Assembly: GCA_016177905.1 (NCBI GenBank)
Contig: JACOUK010000055.1
Span: 1 to 29,190, forward strand
Direction: 5' to 3'
Length of the DNA: 29,190 nucleotides
DNA from: Candidatus Spechtbacteria bacterium
Lineage (GTDB): Bacteria > Patescibacteriota > Minisyncoccia > Spechtbacterales > HO2-43-30
In this document: in pieces, positions 9,916-17,702 of the stretch
How the letters are laid out: each line of letters begins with the position of its first letter
Position numbering within the stretch: position 1 is the stretch's first letter
Made by a program: the position numbers and the translations under genes
Notes under the pieces: generated by a model
Seen by the model: the letters and a program-made list of their open reading frames with translations, nothing else
Told to the model about the DNA's origin: nothing
Databases searched by the model: none

Positions 9916-11051
9916 AACCAATCTTCTATACAAAGCACACGATTGGGAGAGATGATATAAGGGCGGTGGAGAAGATCCTTGCAGCAGAATGGCTGACCCA
10001 AGGGAAGCGGGTTTTTGAGTTTGAGTCAAAGATTGCAAGATACTGCGGAGCACGGTACGCGGTCGCGGTAAATTCAGGGACATCGGCGCTTCATCTTGCG
10101 ACTTTTGCCGCGGGGATTCAAAGCGGCGATGAGGTTATAACAACACCGCTTTCCTTTGCAGCAACTGCGAATTGTATTTTATATGAAGGAGGATTTCCGA
10201 TTTTCGCGGACGTGGATTATGAAACAGGGTTACTTGATCCGGAAGAAGTTGAAAAAAAGATTACGGACAAAACAAAAGCGGTCATTACCGTTGATTACGC
10301 GGGGCATCCTTCATTTTTTCGCGAGCTCAAGAGAATTTGCAAAGATCGCAAGCTTGTTTTTATTGATGACGCGGTTCATTCGCTTGGGGCTCTCTATCAC
10401 CAAAAATTGGTAGGCACGCAGGCGGATATGACGGTATTTTCTTTTCATCCCGCAAAATTGATTACCACAGGAGAGGGGGGAATGCTTCTGACTGACAATA
10501 AAAGTTTTTATGAACGAGCGTTGCTTTTAAGAAATCACGGCATTACGAAAGAACCGAAGAATTTTGTCTACAAAAGCGAACAACGCAAGCCTTGGTACTT
10601 CGAGATGCAGGAACTTGGGTATAACTACCGAATAACTGATTTTCAGTGCATGCTCGGCCTTACGCAGTTTCAAAAAATTTCCGGGTTTCTTAAAAAAAGG
10701 CGGGAACTCGCGCATGCGTACACGAAATTGTTTGAGGGAGACAAGCGATTCCGTACGCCAAAAGAACTTGCCGGATGCGAAAGCGCGTGGCATCTCTATC
10801 CTATTCGGATCCGCGATAAAAGCATTGATAAAGAGAAGATATTTCAAAAATGCAAAGAGTATAATATTTTCCCCCAAGTGCACTATATTCCAATCCATAC
10901 TCACCCGTATTATCAAAAAAATTTCGGCTATCGATGGGGTGATTTTCCCAAGGCAGAGGCGTTTTACGAGGAGGAAATAAGCATTCCGCTTTATCCGACA
11001 CTCCGGATCAGCGATGTCGAAAAAATAGCGAAAATTGTAAGAAGCGTGTAG
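9912..11051 (+). CDS. pseC: PLP-dependent UDP-4-keto-6-deoxy-sugar aminotransferase (DegT/PseC family)
   Basis: WLTQG, NSGTSALH, TTPLSFAATAN, SFHPAKLITTGEGG (PLP Lys), ELGYNYRITD, QVHYIP. Start ATG9912 overlaps the pseB stop (ATGA). Confidence 0.92.
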   Translation: MKPIFYTKHTIGRDDIRAVEKILAAEWLTQGKRVFEFESKIARYCGARYAVAVNSGTSALHLATFAAGIQSGDEVITTPLSFAATANCILYEGGFPIFADVDYETGLLDPEEVEKKITDKTKAVITVDYAGHPSFFRELKRICKDRKLVFIDDAVHSLGALYHQKLVGTQADMTVFSFHPAKLITTGEGGMLLTDNKSFYERALLLRNHGITKEPKNFVYKSEQRKPWYFEMQELGYNYRITDFQCMLGLTQFQKISGFLKKRRELAHAYTKLFEGDKRFRTPKELAGCESAWHLYPIRIRDKSIDKEKIFQKCKEYNIFPQVHYIPIHTHPYYQKNFGYRWGDFPKAEAFYEEEISIPLYPTLRISDVEKIAKIVRSV

Positions 11052-11055
11052 GAAA

Positions 11056-11796
11056 ATGAATACTCATATTATAATTCAGGCGCGAATGGGTTCGGGCAGG
11101 TTGCCGGGGAAAATTTTGAAGGACTTGTGCGGTTTTCCCATGCTGTATCATGTCATTGAAAGATGTCGAAAATCGAAGCTGGCAGAAAGGGTGATTTTGG
11201 CGACAACAGTGGAGGCGCAAGATAACAGTACGGCAGATTTTTGCAGTAATCATGGGATTGACTACATGCGCGGAAGCGAGAACGATGTGCTCTCTAGGTA
11301 CTACGAAACGGCTCGCAAGTTTCACTCATCCGTCATTGTTCGAGTTACGGCGGATTGCCCGCTTATTGACCCCTTGATCATTGATTCGTGCATTCAAAAG
11401 TTTAAGGAAGAAAAAGACGTGGATTATTTGAGTAACGTTTCTGTGCGAACATTCCCTCGCGGACTTGACGTCGAAGTATTTTCTTTTAATGCTTTACAAA
11501 GAGCATATAAAGAGGCGAAAGAATTATACGAGCGAGAGCATGTGACGCCATATATTTGGGAAAATAAAAAAAGAGAATTTAAGATTGGGGAATCTGTAAG
11601 GGCTTCATCAGAGTACGCAAGAAATTATCGTTTGACTGTTGATTATCCTGAAGACTTTGAACTGATGAAAAAAATTTATGAGGCTTTGTACAAAGAAGGG
11701 ACGATCATTGATGCCCGCGAAGCGTTTGTTTTTTTGAATCATCATCCGGAGATTGCGCGAATAAATGCTCATTGCGAGCAAAGACCCGTACAATAA
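11056..11796 (+). CDS. SpsF/PseF-type acylneuraminate cytidylyltransferase
   Basis: IIQARMGSGRLPGK, GSENDVLSRY, VRVTADCPLIDP, FPRGLDVE, REHVTPYI, RLTVDYPED. Confidence 0.88.
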   Translation: MNTHIIIQARMGSGRLPGKILKDLCGFPMLYHVIERCRKSKLAERVILATTVEAQDNSTADFCSNHGIDYMRGSENDVLSRYYETARKFHSSVIVRVTADCPLIDPLIIDSCIQKFKEEKDVDYLSNVSVRTFPRGLDVEVFSFNALQRAYKEAKELYEREHVTPYIWENKKREFKIGESVRASSEYARNYRLTVDYPEDFELMKKIYEALYKEGTIIDAREAFVFLNHHPEIARINAHCEQRPVQ

Positions 11797-12410
11797 TGAT
11801 TGCGATTATTGATTACAACATGGGCAATGTGGGGTCGGTGAGAAACGCCGTCCTCGCGCTCGGGGCGGAAGTGGCGTTATCTTCAAAGCGCGAAGAGATC
11901 GAAAAGGCAACCCATATCATTCTGCCGGGAGTGGGCACGTTTGGAGACGGAATGGCGAGACTTACAGATTCCGGCGTTATCCCAATACTCGAGACCGAGG
12001 TTTTGGAGAAAAAAAAGCCGTTTTTGGGTATTTGTCTTGGGATGCAGGTTATGGCGGAATTTGGCGAAGAAGGAGGGCGACATAAAGGTCTTGGCTGGAT
12101 AAAAGGGCAAGTGCGGAGACTAGAGATCGACGAGAAGGAATTGTGTCTGCCCCACATTGGCTGGAATGATGTGGTGAAGAAAACCCCCAGTTCACTTTTT
12201 GAAAATGTTATCTCGTGCGTTTTCTATTTTATTCATAGTTATGTGCTGGTTCCGGAGGAAAAAAGCAATATCATAGCGAGTTGCGCGTACGGAGAAAAAT
12301 TCACTGCCGCAGTAGAGAAAGACAATATATTCGGCGTTCAGTTTCATCCTGAAAAAAGTCAGAAAAGCGGACTTACGCTACTGCGTAATTTTTTGGATTA
12401 TCATGCTTAA
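11796..12410 (+). CDS. HisH-like glutaminase subunit (WbuY-type, glycan amidation-associated)
   Basis: IDYNMGN, LPGVG.F, LGICLGMQ (Cys nucleophile), PHIGWN, QFHPEKS. TAATG overlap with the upstream gene. Confidence 0.9.
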   Translation: MIAIIDYNMGNVGSVRNAVLALGAEVALSSKREEIEKATHIILPGVGTFGDGMARLTDSGVIPILETEVLEKKKPFLGICLGMQVMAEFGEEGGRHKGLGWIKGQVRRLEIDEKELCLPHIGWNDVVKKTPSSLFENVISCVFYFIHSYVLVPEEKSNIIASCAYGEKFTAAVEKDNIFGVQFHPEKSQKSGLTLLRNFLDYHA

Positions 12411-13152
12411 AACAAGAGTTATCCCATGCCTTACAATCAAAGATGGGAGGCTTGTGAAAAGCGTTAAATTTCGCGAGCATCGGAATATCGGAAGTTACAT
12501 ATCAAGCGTTCGGGTATTTAACGCGCGAGATGTGGATGAGATGATTTTTCTCGACCTAGATGCTTATGAAAAAGGGATGCCAGTGCGGCTTTTAGAAGAA
12601 GTCGCAAAAGAATGTTTCATGCCTCTGACTCTTGGCGGAGGAGTGAAGACATGCAAAGACATAGAAAGGATTTTAAAGATTGGAGCGGATAAAGTGGCAA
12701 TAAATACTGCGGCGCTTGAGAAACCGCGATTTATTCAAGAAGCGTCGCGTATGTTTGGAAATCAATGCGTCGTTGTTTCCGTTGATGTGCAAATAAAGGA
12801 AGGCGGATATGAAGTGTTCGGACGCGGAGGGACATGGGCGACGGGGCGTTCGCCTGTTGAATGGGTGAAAGAAGCGGAAGATTTGGGAGCGGGGGAGATT
12901 CTTCTTACCTCCATTGATCGCGATGGGACGATGGAAGGGTATGACACTGCGCTTGTAAAAAGCGTATCAGAGGCGGTGAATGTTCCTGTGATTGCTTGCG
13001 GGGGCGCGGGGACCCTGGATCATTTTGTGGAAGTGATGAAAGACGGCGGCGCATCGGCGGTTGCTTGCGCGAGTATTTTTCAGTACACTCAAGTTACCCC
13101 CCAGAATGTAAAGGAATATCTTTTGAAAGCAGGCATAGAAACAAGAATATGA
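12403..13152 (+). CDS. HisF-like TIM barrel (WbuZ/AglZ-type), probably cyclase-inactive
   Basis: [55 protein letters not shown]. Catalytic Asp11 position is Thr. Confidence 0.9.
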   Translation: MLKTRVIPCLTIKDGRLVKSVKFREHRNIGSYISSVRVFNARDVDEMIFLDLDAYEKGMPVRLLEEVAKECFMPLTLGGGVKTCKDIERILKIGADKVAINTAALEKPRFIQEASRMFGNQCVVVSVDVQIKEGGYEVFGRGGTWATGRSPVEWVKEAEDLGAGEILLTSIDRDGTMEGYDTALVKSVSEAVNVPVIACGGAGTLDHFVEVMKDGGASAVACASIFQYTQVTPQNVKEYLLKAGIETRI

Positions 13153-13796
13153 ACATAAAACCAGAGACAATTCAAGCTGTTTCATGGGCTGGAAAAATGG
13201 GGAAGAAGTACACGGATCGCAATCCCCAGTCCACCAAGGAATTAAATGAACTGTACCGGAAACAGTACGGCATTTCTCGGGTAAAACTAAATCGAGATTT
13301 TTTGGGCGCTCTTGATCGAAATTTTAAAATTCTGGAAGTTGGCGCGAATATCGGTCTTCAGTTGGAGACGTTGCGGAAAATGGGCTTTTCAAATCTGCTC
13401 GGAGTGGAAATTAATGAATACGCGGTGCGGCAGGCAAAAGAAATTCACCCAAAAGTTGATATCATCAGGGGTTCTGCTCTCAACCTCCCATTTCGCGAGG
13501 GATACTTTGATCTCGTGTTTACTTCGGGGGTGCTGATTCATATCTCCCCGAAGGATATCAATAAAGCGCTTGATGAAATTTGGCGAACAAGCTCTCGGTA
13601 CGTGTGGGGTTTTGAATATTTTGCTCCGGAGCTTAGTGAAATTACGTACCGCGGTAAAAAAGATTTATTATGGAAAAGAGATTTTTGCGCATTGTATCTT
13701 CAAAGATTTCCAGATTTCAAGATCGTAAAAGAGCAAAAGTTTTCTTTGAAGGGAAGCGAAAACCAAAGTCAGATGTTTTTGTTAAAAAAAGTATAA
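13149..13796 (+). CDS. Pseudaminic-acid-biosynthesis-associated class I SAM methyltransferase
   Basis: WAGKMGKKYTDRN, LEVGANIG, DLVFTSGVLIHISP, EYF, LLWKRDF. Start ATG13149 overlaps the hisF-like stop (ATGA). Confidence 0.85.
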   Translation: MNIKPETIQAVSWAGKMGKKYTDRNPQSTKELNELYRKQYGISRVKLNRDFLGALDRNFKILEVGANIGLQLETLRKMGFSNLLGVEINEYAVRQAKEIHPKVDIIRGSALNLPFREGYFDLVFTSGVLIHISPKDINKALDEIWRTSSRYVWGFEYFAPELSEITYRGKKDLLWKRDFCALYLQRFPDFKIVKEQKFSLKGSENQSQMFLLKKV

Positions 13797-13797
13797 T

Positions 13798-14937
13798 ATG
13801 TTTCAATACTGTAAAAAATGCGTGATGCCAAACACGAAGCCCGACCTTTTTTTTGACGAAGGGGGAGTGTGCGACGCGTGCAGATCCGCGGAGCTCAAAG
13901 ATACGATTGATTGGACTGCGCGCGAGAAGGAATTTTTGGAATTGGTTGACGCGCATAGGGGGAAAAATGGCGCAAATTACGACTGCGTGATTCCCGTGAG
14001 CGGCGGGAAGGATAGTCATTACCAAGCATACATCGCGAGAAAATACGGATTGAACCCGTTGTTAGTTAATTTTGAAGCAACGAAACGAAACGCGCTTGGC
14101 CAAAAGAATCTTGAAAATATTCGGCAATTCGGAGACCTTTTGGAATTTAAGAAAAATCCGAGCGTGTATAAAAAAATGTGCTTGGAAGGATTCCGAAGGG
14201 TTGGGGACCATGAATGGCCTAATCACCTCGGCATTTTTACTATCCCCATTCGCGTCGCGGTTCAATTTGGGATTCCACTCGTTATTTGGGGAGAAAACTC
14301 ACAACTTGAATACGGGGGACCAAAGGCGGCGCGAATGAAAGGCGTATTGGATCGCCGATGGCTTGAAGAATTTGGCGGCCTTCTTGGGCTTCGCGTAGAA
14401 GATATGATTGGCGTTTCCGGGATTATGAGAGAAGACCTTGTTTCGTATTTTTATCCAACAGATCGGGAACTAGAAGAAGTTGGATTGAAGGGAATTTTTC
14501 TCGGATATTACTTTAAATGGGACGCGCGCGAGCAAGTTGAGCTTATGAAGCAGTATGGGTTTTCCGTGAAAGAAGACGGGCCTGTGGAGGGGACATACAC
14601 AAATTACGAAAATTTAGACGATAGTTTAGTGTCTATCCATGATTATTTGAAATACGTAAAATTTGGATTCTGCCGCGCGACCGATCACGCGTGCCTCGAC
14701 ATCCGCAACGCCCGTATGACGCGCGGTGAAGCAATTGAGCTTGTAAAAAAATACGACGGCAGACTGTACCGGCACGTGGTGGAAGATTTTGTGAAATTTT
14801 TTGAAATTACCAAGGAAGAGTTTTTTCGCATTGTTGATTCGTTTACGAATAAAGCGTTGTTCTTGACAGATGAGAATGGGAGGGTTATAAGAGACGGAGA
14901 AGGAGACCTTATCAAGCGCTATCAAGATTATAATTGA
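13798..14937 (+). CDS. N-acetyl sugar amidotransferase (PseA/WbuX/WbpG-like, PP-loop)
   Basis: CKKC..P.TKP..GVCDAC N-terminus, YDCVIPVSGGKDS PP-loop, WGEN..LEYGG, KYVKFGFCRATD.AC.DIR. Confidence 0.9.
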   Translation: MFQYCKKCVMPNTKPDLFFDEGGVCDACRSAELKDTIDWTAREKEFLELVDAHRGKNGANYDCVIPVSGGKDSHYQAYIARKYGLNPLLVNFEATKRNALGQKNLENIRQFGDLLEFKKNPSVYKKMCLEGFRRVGDHEWPNHLGIFTIPIRVAVQFGIPLVIWGENSQLEYGGPKAARMKGVLDRRWLEEFGGLLGLRVEDMIGVSGIMREDLVSYFYPTDRELEEVGLKGIFLGYYFKWDAREQVELMKQYGFSVKEDGPVEGTYTNYENLDDSLVSIHDYLKYVKFGFCRATDHACLDIRNARMTRGEAIELVKKYDGRLYRHVVEDFVKFFEITKEEFFRIVDSFTNKALFLTDENGRVIRDGEGDLIKRYQDYN

Positions 14938-14950
14938 AGAAGAAATCTTT

Positions 14951-15400
14951 ATGTTGCGGCCAGCTCTGGAAAATGACCTCAAATTTATTTTAGGCATCAG
15001 AAATCTTCCTGAAGTGGTGCAAGTTTCAAACCGCAAGCGCTCCCTGGCTCTCGAGGAATTGCCGTGCGTCAGTGATTCGTCATATGTGATGTGGATTGTG
15101 CATGAAGAGGGGCAAGATTACGGGTATGTAATGGCGCATCGAGAAGATAGCGCTCAAGCAACTATCAGCATTGCGTTGAGCAAGAATGCGCGAGGCAAGG
15201 GGCTTGGCACGCGATCAATTCAAGATGCCTGTTCTTTGCTGTTTGTAGATCAAGGAGTTTGTGAAGTGCTCGCGGAGATATACAAAGGAAATAGCGTGTC
15301 TGAAAGGGCATTTGAAAAATCTGGGTTTACGTTGCGCGAGGTAATTACCACACAAGACGGCCGAGAAAAGCAAATTTTTGCATTAAGACGCTCAAGCTAG
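14951..15400 (+). CDS. GNAT N-acetyltransferase, PseH-like
   Basis: LRPALENDLKFILGIRNLPEV, ARGKGLG motif A, GNSVSERAFEKSGF; located between the modification cassette and pseI. Confidence 0.75.
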   Translation: MLRPALENDLKFILGIRNLPEVVQVSNRKRSLALEELPCVSDSSYVMWIVHEEGQDYGYVMAHREDSAQATISIALSKNARGKGLGTRSIQDACSLLFVDQGVCEVLAEIYKGNSVSERAFEKSGFTLREVITTQDGREKQIFALRRSS

Positions 15401-15404
15401 CATC

Positions 15405-16058
15405 ATGCAAAAAACCTCATGGCTTTTTGTTGATTTAGACGGGACGCTCATTGATACTCTTCCGTATCTTACGAGCGTTTTTTTTGAGTTTGGGAAAAAG
15501 GCGGGGATAACGCTCACAAAAGAAGATTTCGCTTTGTGCAATGGTCCTTCGATACGCGAAGTGGTTATGTATCTCAAAGAAAAGTTTCATCTCCCGGATT
15601 CTGTGGAGGAACTCGAGAATCTGTACCACGAAAAATTGCGAAACATTCGGGGAAAGTTTAGGCCGCGGCCTTACGCAAAAGCGGCATTGAAAAAACTTCG
15701 AGCGCAAGGATGGAAATGCGCGTTGGTAACGAGCGCGCGAAAGAGTTACGCGGTTGATTTTTTGCGAAGAAATGGAATGAGCGACCTTTTTGATTTTTTG
15801 GCATGCGGAGATGAAGTGCAAAACGCAAAACCTGATCCCGAAATTTATGAGCTTGCAAAAAAGCGGGCGGGGAACGGTTATTTTATCGCGCTTGAAGATT
15901 CGGAAAATGGAATCCAGGCCGCAAAAAATGCCGGGTGCGTAGCCCTTCGGTTTGAGGCAGGCAATACGGAAAGTTTTTTTTCTGTCTCCTCTTTTCGCGA
16001 TTTATGCGATCGGCAAAAAAGAAAAATCCTTTTTTATACGATGGGCAGGTTTTTGTGA
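15405..16058 (+). CDS. HAD-superfamily phosphatase (beta-phosphoglucomutase-like subfamily IA)
   Basis: FVDLDGTLIDT (motif I), VTSA (II), KPDPEIY (III), LEDSENG (IV). Confidence 0.88.
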   Translation: MQKTSWLFVDLDGTLIDTLPYLTSVFFEFGKKAGITLTKEDFALCNGPSIREVVMYLKEKFHLPDSVEELENLYHEKLRNIRGKFRPRPYAKAALKKLRAQGWKCALVTSARKSYAVDFLRRNGMSDLFDFLACGDEVQNAKPDPEIYELAKKRAGNGYFIALEDSENGIQAAKNAGCVALRFEAGNTESFFSVSSFRDLCDRQKRKILFYTMGRFL

Positions 16059-16597
16059 TTGAAGGGGAACGAACGCCATACGCGTTTTCCGGTTTTTTTT
16101 CTCCGTATCGGTATGTGTATTATCAGCTTACAAAAAAGCAATGCATGGGATTTATTCCTTGCGGGGTGACCGGAGTTGTTTCTTTACGGGGGAAGATTAT
16201 ACTCGCAAGGCGCAGTAAGCAAGTGATTGGAAATGCCGGTTTGTTTGAATTTGCGCCTTCAGGGACTCTTGAAAAAGGTTTGGAGGGCGAAGAGAAAGCG
16301 GCTGTAGATTGTGAGGGTATCCTTCTGAAAGAGCTTAAAGAGGAGCTTGGGGTTCCGCAAGATGCTGTTGTTTCATCAAGGCCTCTCTGCCTCGCGTTGG
16401 ATCTTGCGGACAATGTGCTCGATGTGATATATTGGGTTGTGCTCAAAGATAGCGTGGAATTACGCATAGGTAGTGAGCATACCGAGTGTCTTATGATTTC
16501 ATTAAAGGAACTTGGAAAGTTGATTGTTCAAAGGCCGAATCAATTCACTTCCCAAGTCAAATTTATCGTAAGGAGGAATGTATGGTCAGTTCAATAA
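16004..16597 (+). CDS. NUDIX-family hydrolase (start uncertain; possibly the frameshifted C-terminal domain of the HAD gene)
   Basis: GVTGVV, IILARRS, FEFAPSGTLE..(insertion)..LLKELKEELGV Nudix-box half, SEHTE. Overlaps the HAD gene by 55 nt and pseI by 16 nt. Confidence 0.72.
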   Translation: MRSAKKKNPFLYDGQVFVIEGERTPYAFSGFFSPYRYVYYQLTKKQCMGFIPCGVTGVVSLRGKIILARRSKQVIGNAGLFEFAPSGTLEKGLEGEEKAAVDCEGILLKELKEELGVPQDAVVSSRPLCLALDLADNVLDVIYWVVLKDSVELRIGSEHTECLMISLKELGKLIVQRPNQFTSQVKFIVRRNVWSVQ

Positions 16598-17652
16598 AAA
16601 TCGGCAATAAGCTTGTGGGAGATGACGAACCTTGTTTTGTGGTTGCAGAAGTTTCCGCAAATCACATGCAGAGCTTCAAGATGGCGGCAGAGATTGTGAG
16701 GGCCGCCGCGCGGGCCGGCGCGGACGCGGTGAAGCTCCAGACGTATACGCCCGACACGCTTACGATTGACTCAAGAAAAGAATGGTTTTTGGTGGGCGGC
16801 AAAGACAACCCCGATTCTTGGCAGGGCAAAACTTTTTACGATCTTTACAAAACCGCATATACTCCATGGGATTGGCATCCGAAGCTGAAGGAAATCGCCG
16901 AAAGTCTTGGTTTGATATTTTTTTCCACTCCGTTTGATGAAACCGCGGTTGATTTTCTTTCGAGCCTCAACGTGCCTTGCTTTAAGGTAGCTTCGTACGA
17001 ATGCACGGATGTTTTGCTTTTAAAAAAAATCGCGCGCACTGGAAAGCCGGTGATTATGTCCATTGGGTTTGCGACCCTTCAAGAAGTGGAGCTTTCGCTC
17101 CAGACGTTGCAAAAGTACGGCGCTTGCGAAATCGCGGTGCTCCACTGTGTGACATCATATTCCGATACGCCGGATCCCTACAGCATAAATTTGCGCACCA
17201 TTTTGGATATTCGCGAACGCTTTGGAGTGGTCAGCGGTTTTTCGGATAATAACGCCGGAATCGAAGCGCCGTGTTTGGCCGCGGCGATGGGAGCGTCCAT
17301 CGTCGAAAAGCATGTTGTGTCGAGCCACGCGGATCCAACATACGATGCGCGCTTTTCTATAGATCCGCAAGAACTTACGCAGATGGTTGAGACGATTCGG
17401 AGGCAGGAAGCCTTGAAAGGGCAGGTGAATTACGGCCCGAACAATCTTGCCGAGGAGCATAACAGAGGGTTTCGGCGTTCGCTTTTTGCGGTGGCGGATA
17501 TTAAGAGAGGACAGCAATTCACTTCAGAAAATATTCGTTCAATCCGCCCGGCGAACGGTCTTCCCACGCGATTTTTCGATGAAATTATCGGAAAAGCGGC
17601 AAATCAGGATATTGAGCGCGGAACCCCGCTTTCCTGGAATTTGATTTCTTAA
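16582..17652 (+). CDS. pseI: Pseudaminic acid synthase (NeuB family, PseI-type)
   Basis: AEVSANH, KLQTYTPDTLTID, LYKTAYTPWDWH, STPFD, KVASYE, LHCVTSY, EKH, RRSLF, IRPANGL. SD AAGGAGG at 16570-76 supports ATG16582. Confidence 0.88.
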   Translation: MVSSIKIGNKLVGDDEPCFVVAEVSANHMQSFKMAAEIVRAAARAGADAVKLQTYTPDTLTIDSRKEWFLVGGKDNPDSWQGKTFYDLYKTAYTPWDWHPKLKEIAESLGLIFFSTPFDETAVDFLSSLNVPCFKVASYECTDVLLLKKIARTGKPVIMSIGFATLQEVELSLQTLQKYGACEIAVLHCVTSYSDTPDPYSINLRTILDIRERFGVVSGFSDNNAGIEAPCLAAAMGASIVEKHVVSSHADPTYDARFSIDPQELTQMVETIRRQEALKGQVNYGPNNLAEEHNRGFRRSLFAVADIKRGQQFTSENIRSIRPANGLPTRFFDEIIGKAANQDIERGTPLSWNLIS

Positions 17653-17669
17653 ACAGAAAAAGCTATGAT
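17641..17669 (+). promoter_or_regulatory. Candidate sigma70 promoter for the KpsS-like gene
   Basis: TTGATT(17641-46)-17 nt-TATGAT(17664-69). Confidence 0.5.
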
Positions 17670-17700
17670 AAACTCCACTACTCGATGGAGTTTTGTTTTT
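17670..17700 (+). terminator. Intrinsic terminator of the pse operon
   Basis: AAACTCCA(17670-77)/TGGAGTTT(17686-93) perfect 8-bp stem, followed by TGTTTTT. Confidence 0.6.
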
Positions 17701-17702
17701 CT

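Noticed and set aside
11796-13152. Histidine biosynthesis (hisH/hisF)
   Set aside because: No other his genes here, HisF Asp11 is lost, and the context is the known glycan-amidation trio.
8567-13854. Other 8-nt A/T homopolymers (8567-74, 12009-16, 13847-54) as phase-variation switches
   Set aside because: All lie in intact frames encoding Lys/Phe runs, and such runs are common in this sequence; there are no long G/C tracts.
16015-16021. dnaX-type A AAA AAG slippery site as a programmed HAD-to-NUDIX frameshift
   Set aside because: The heptamer is phased in the NUDIX frame, not the HAD frame, so canonical -1 slippage there would not create the fusion.
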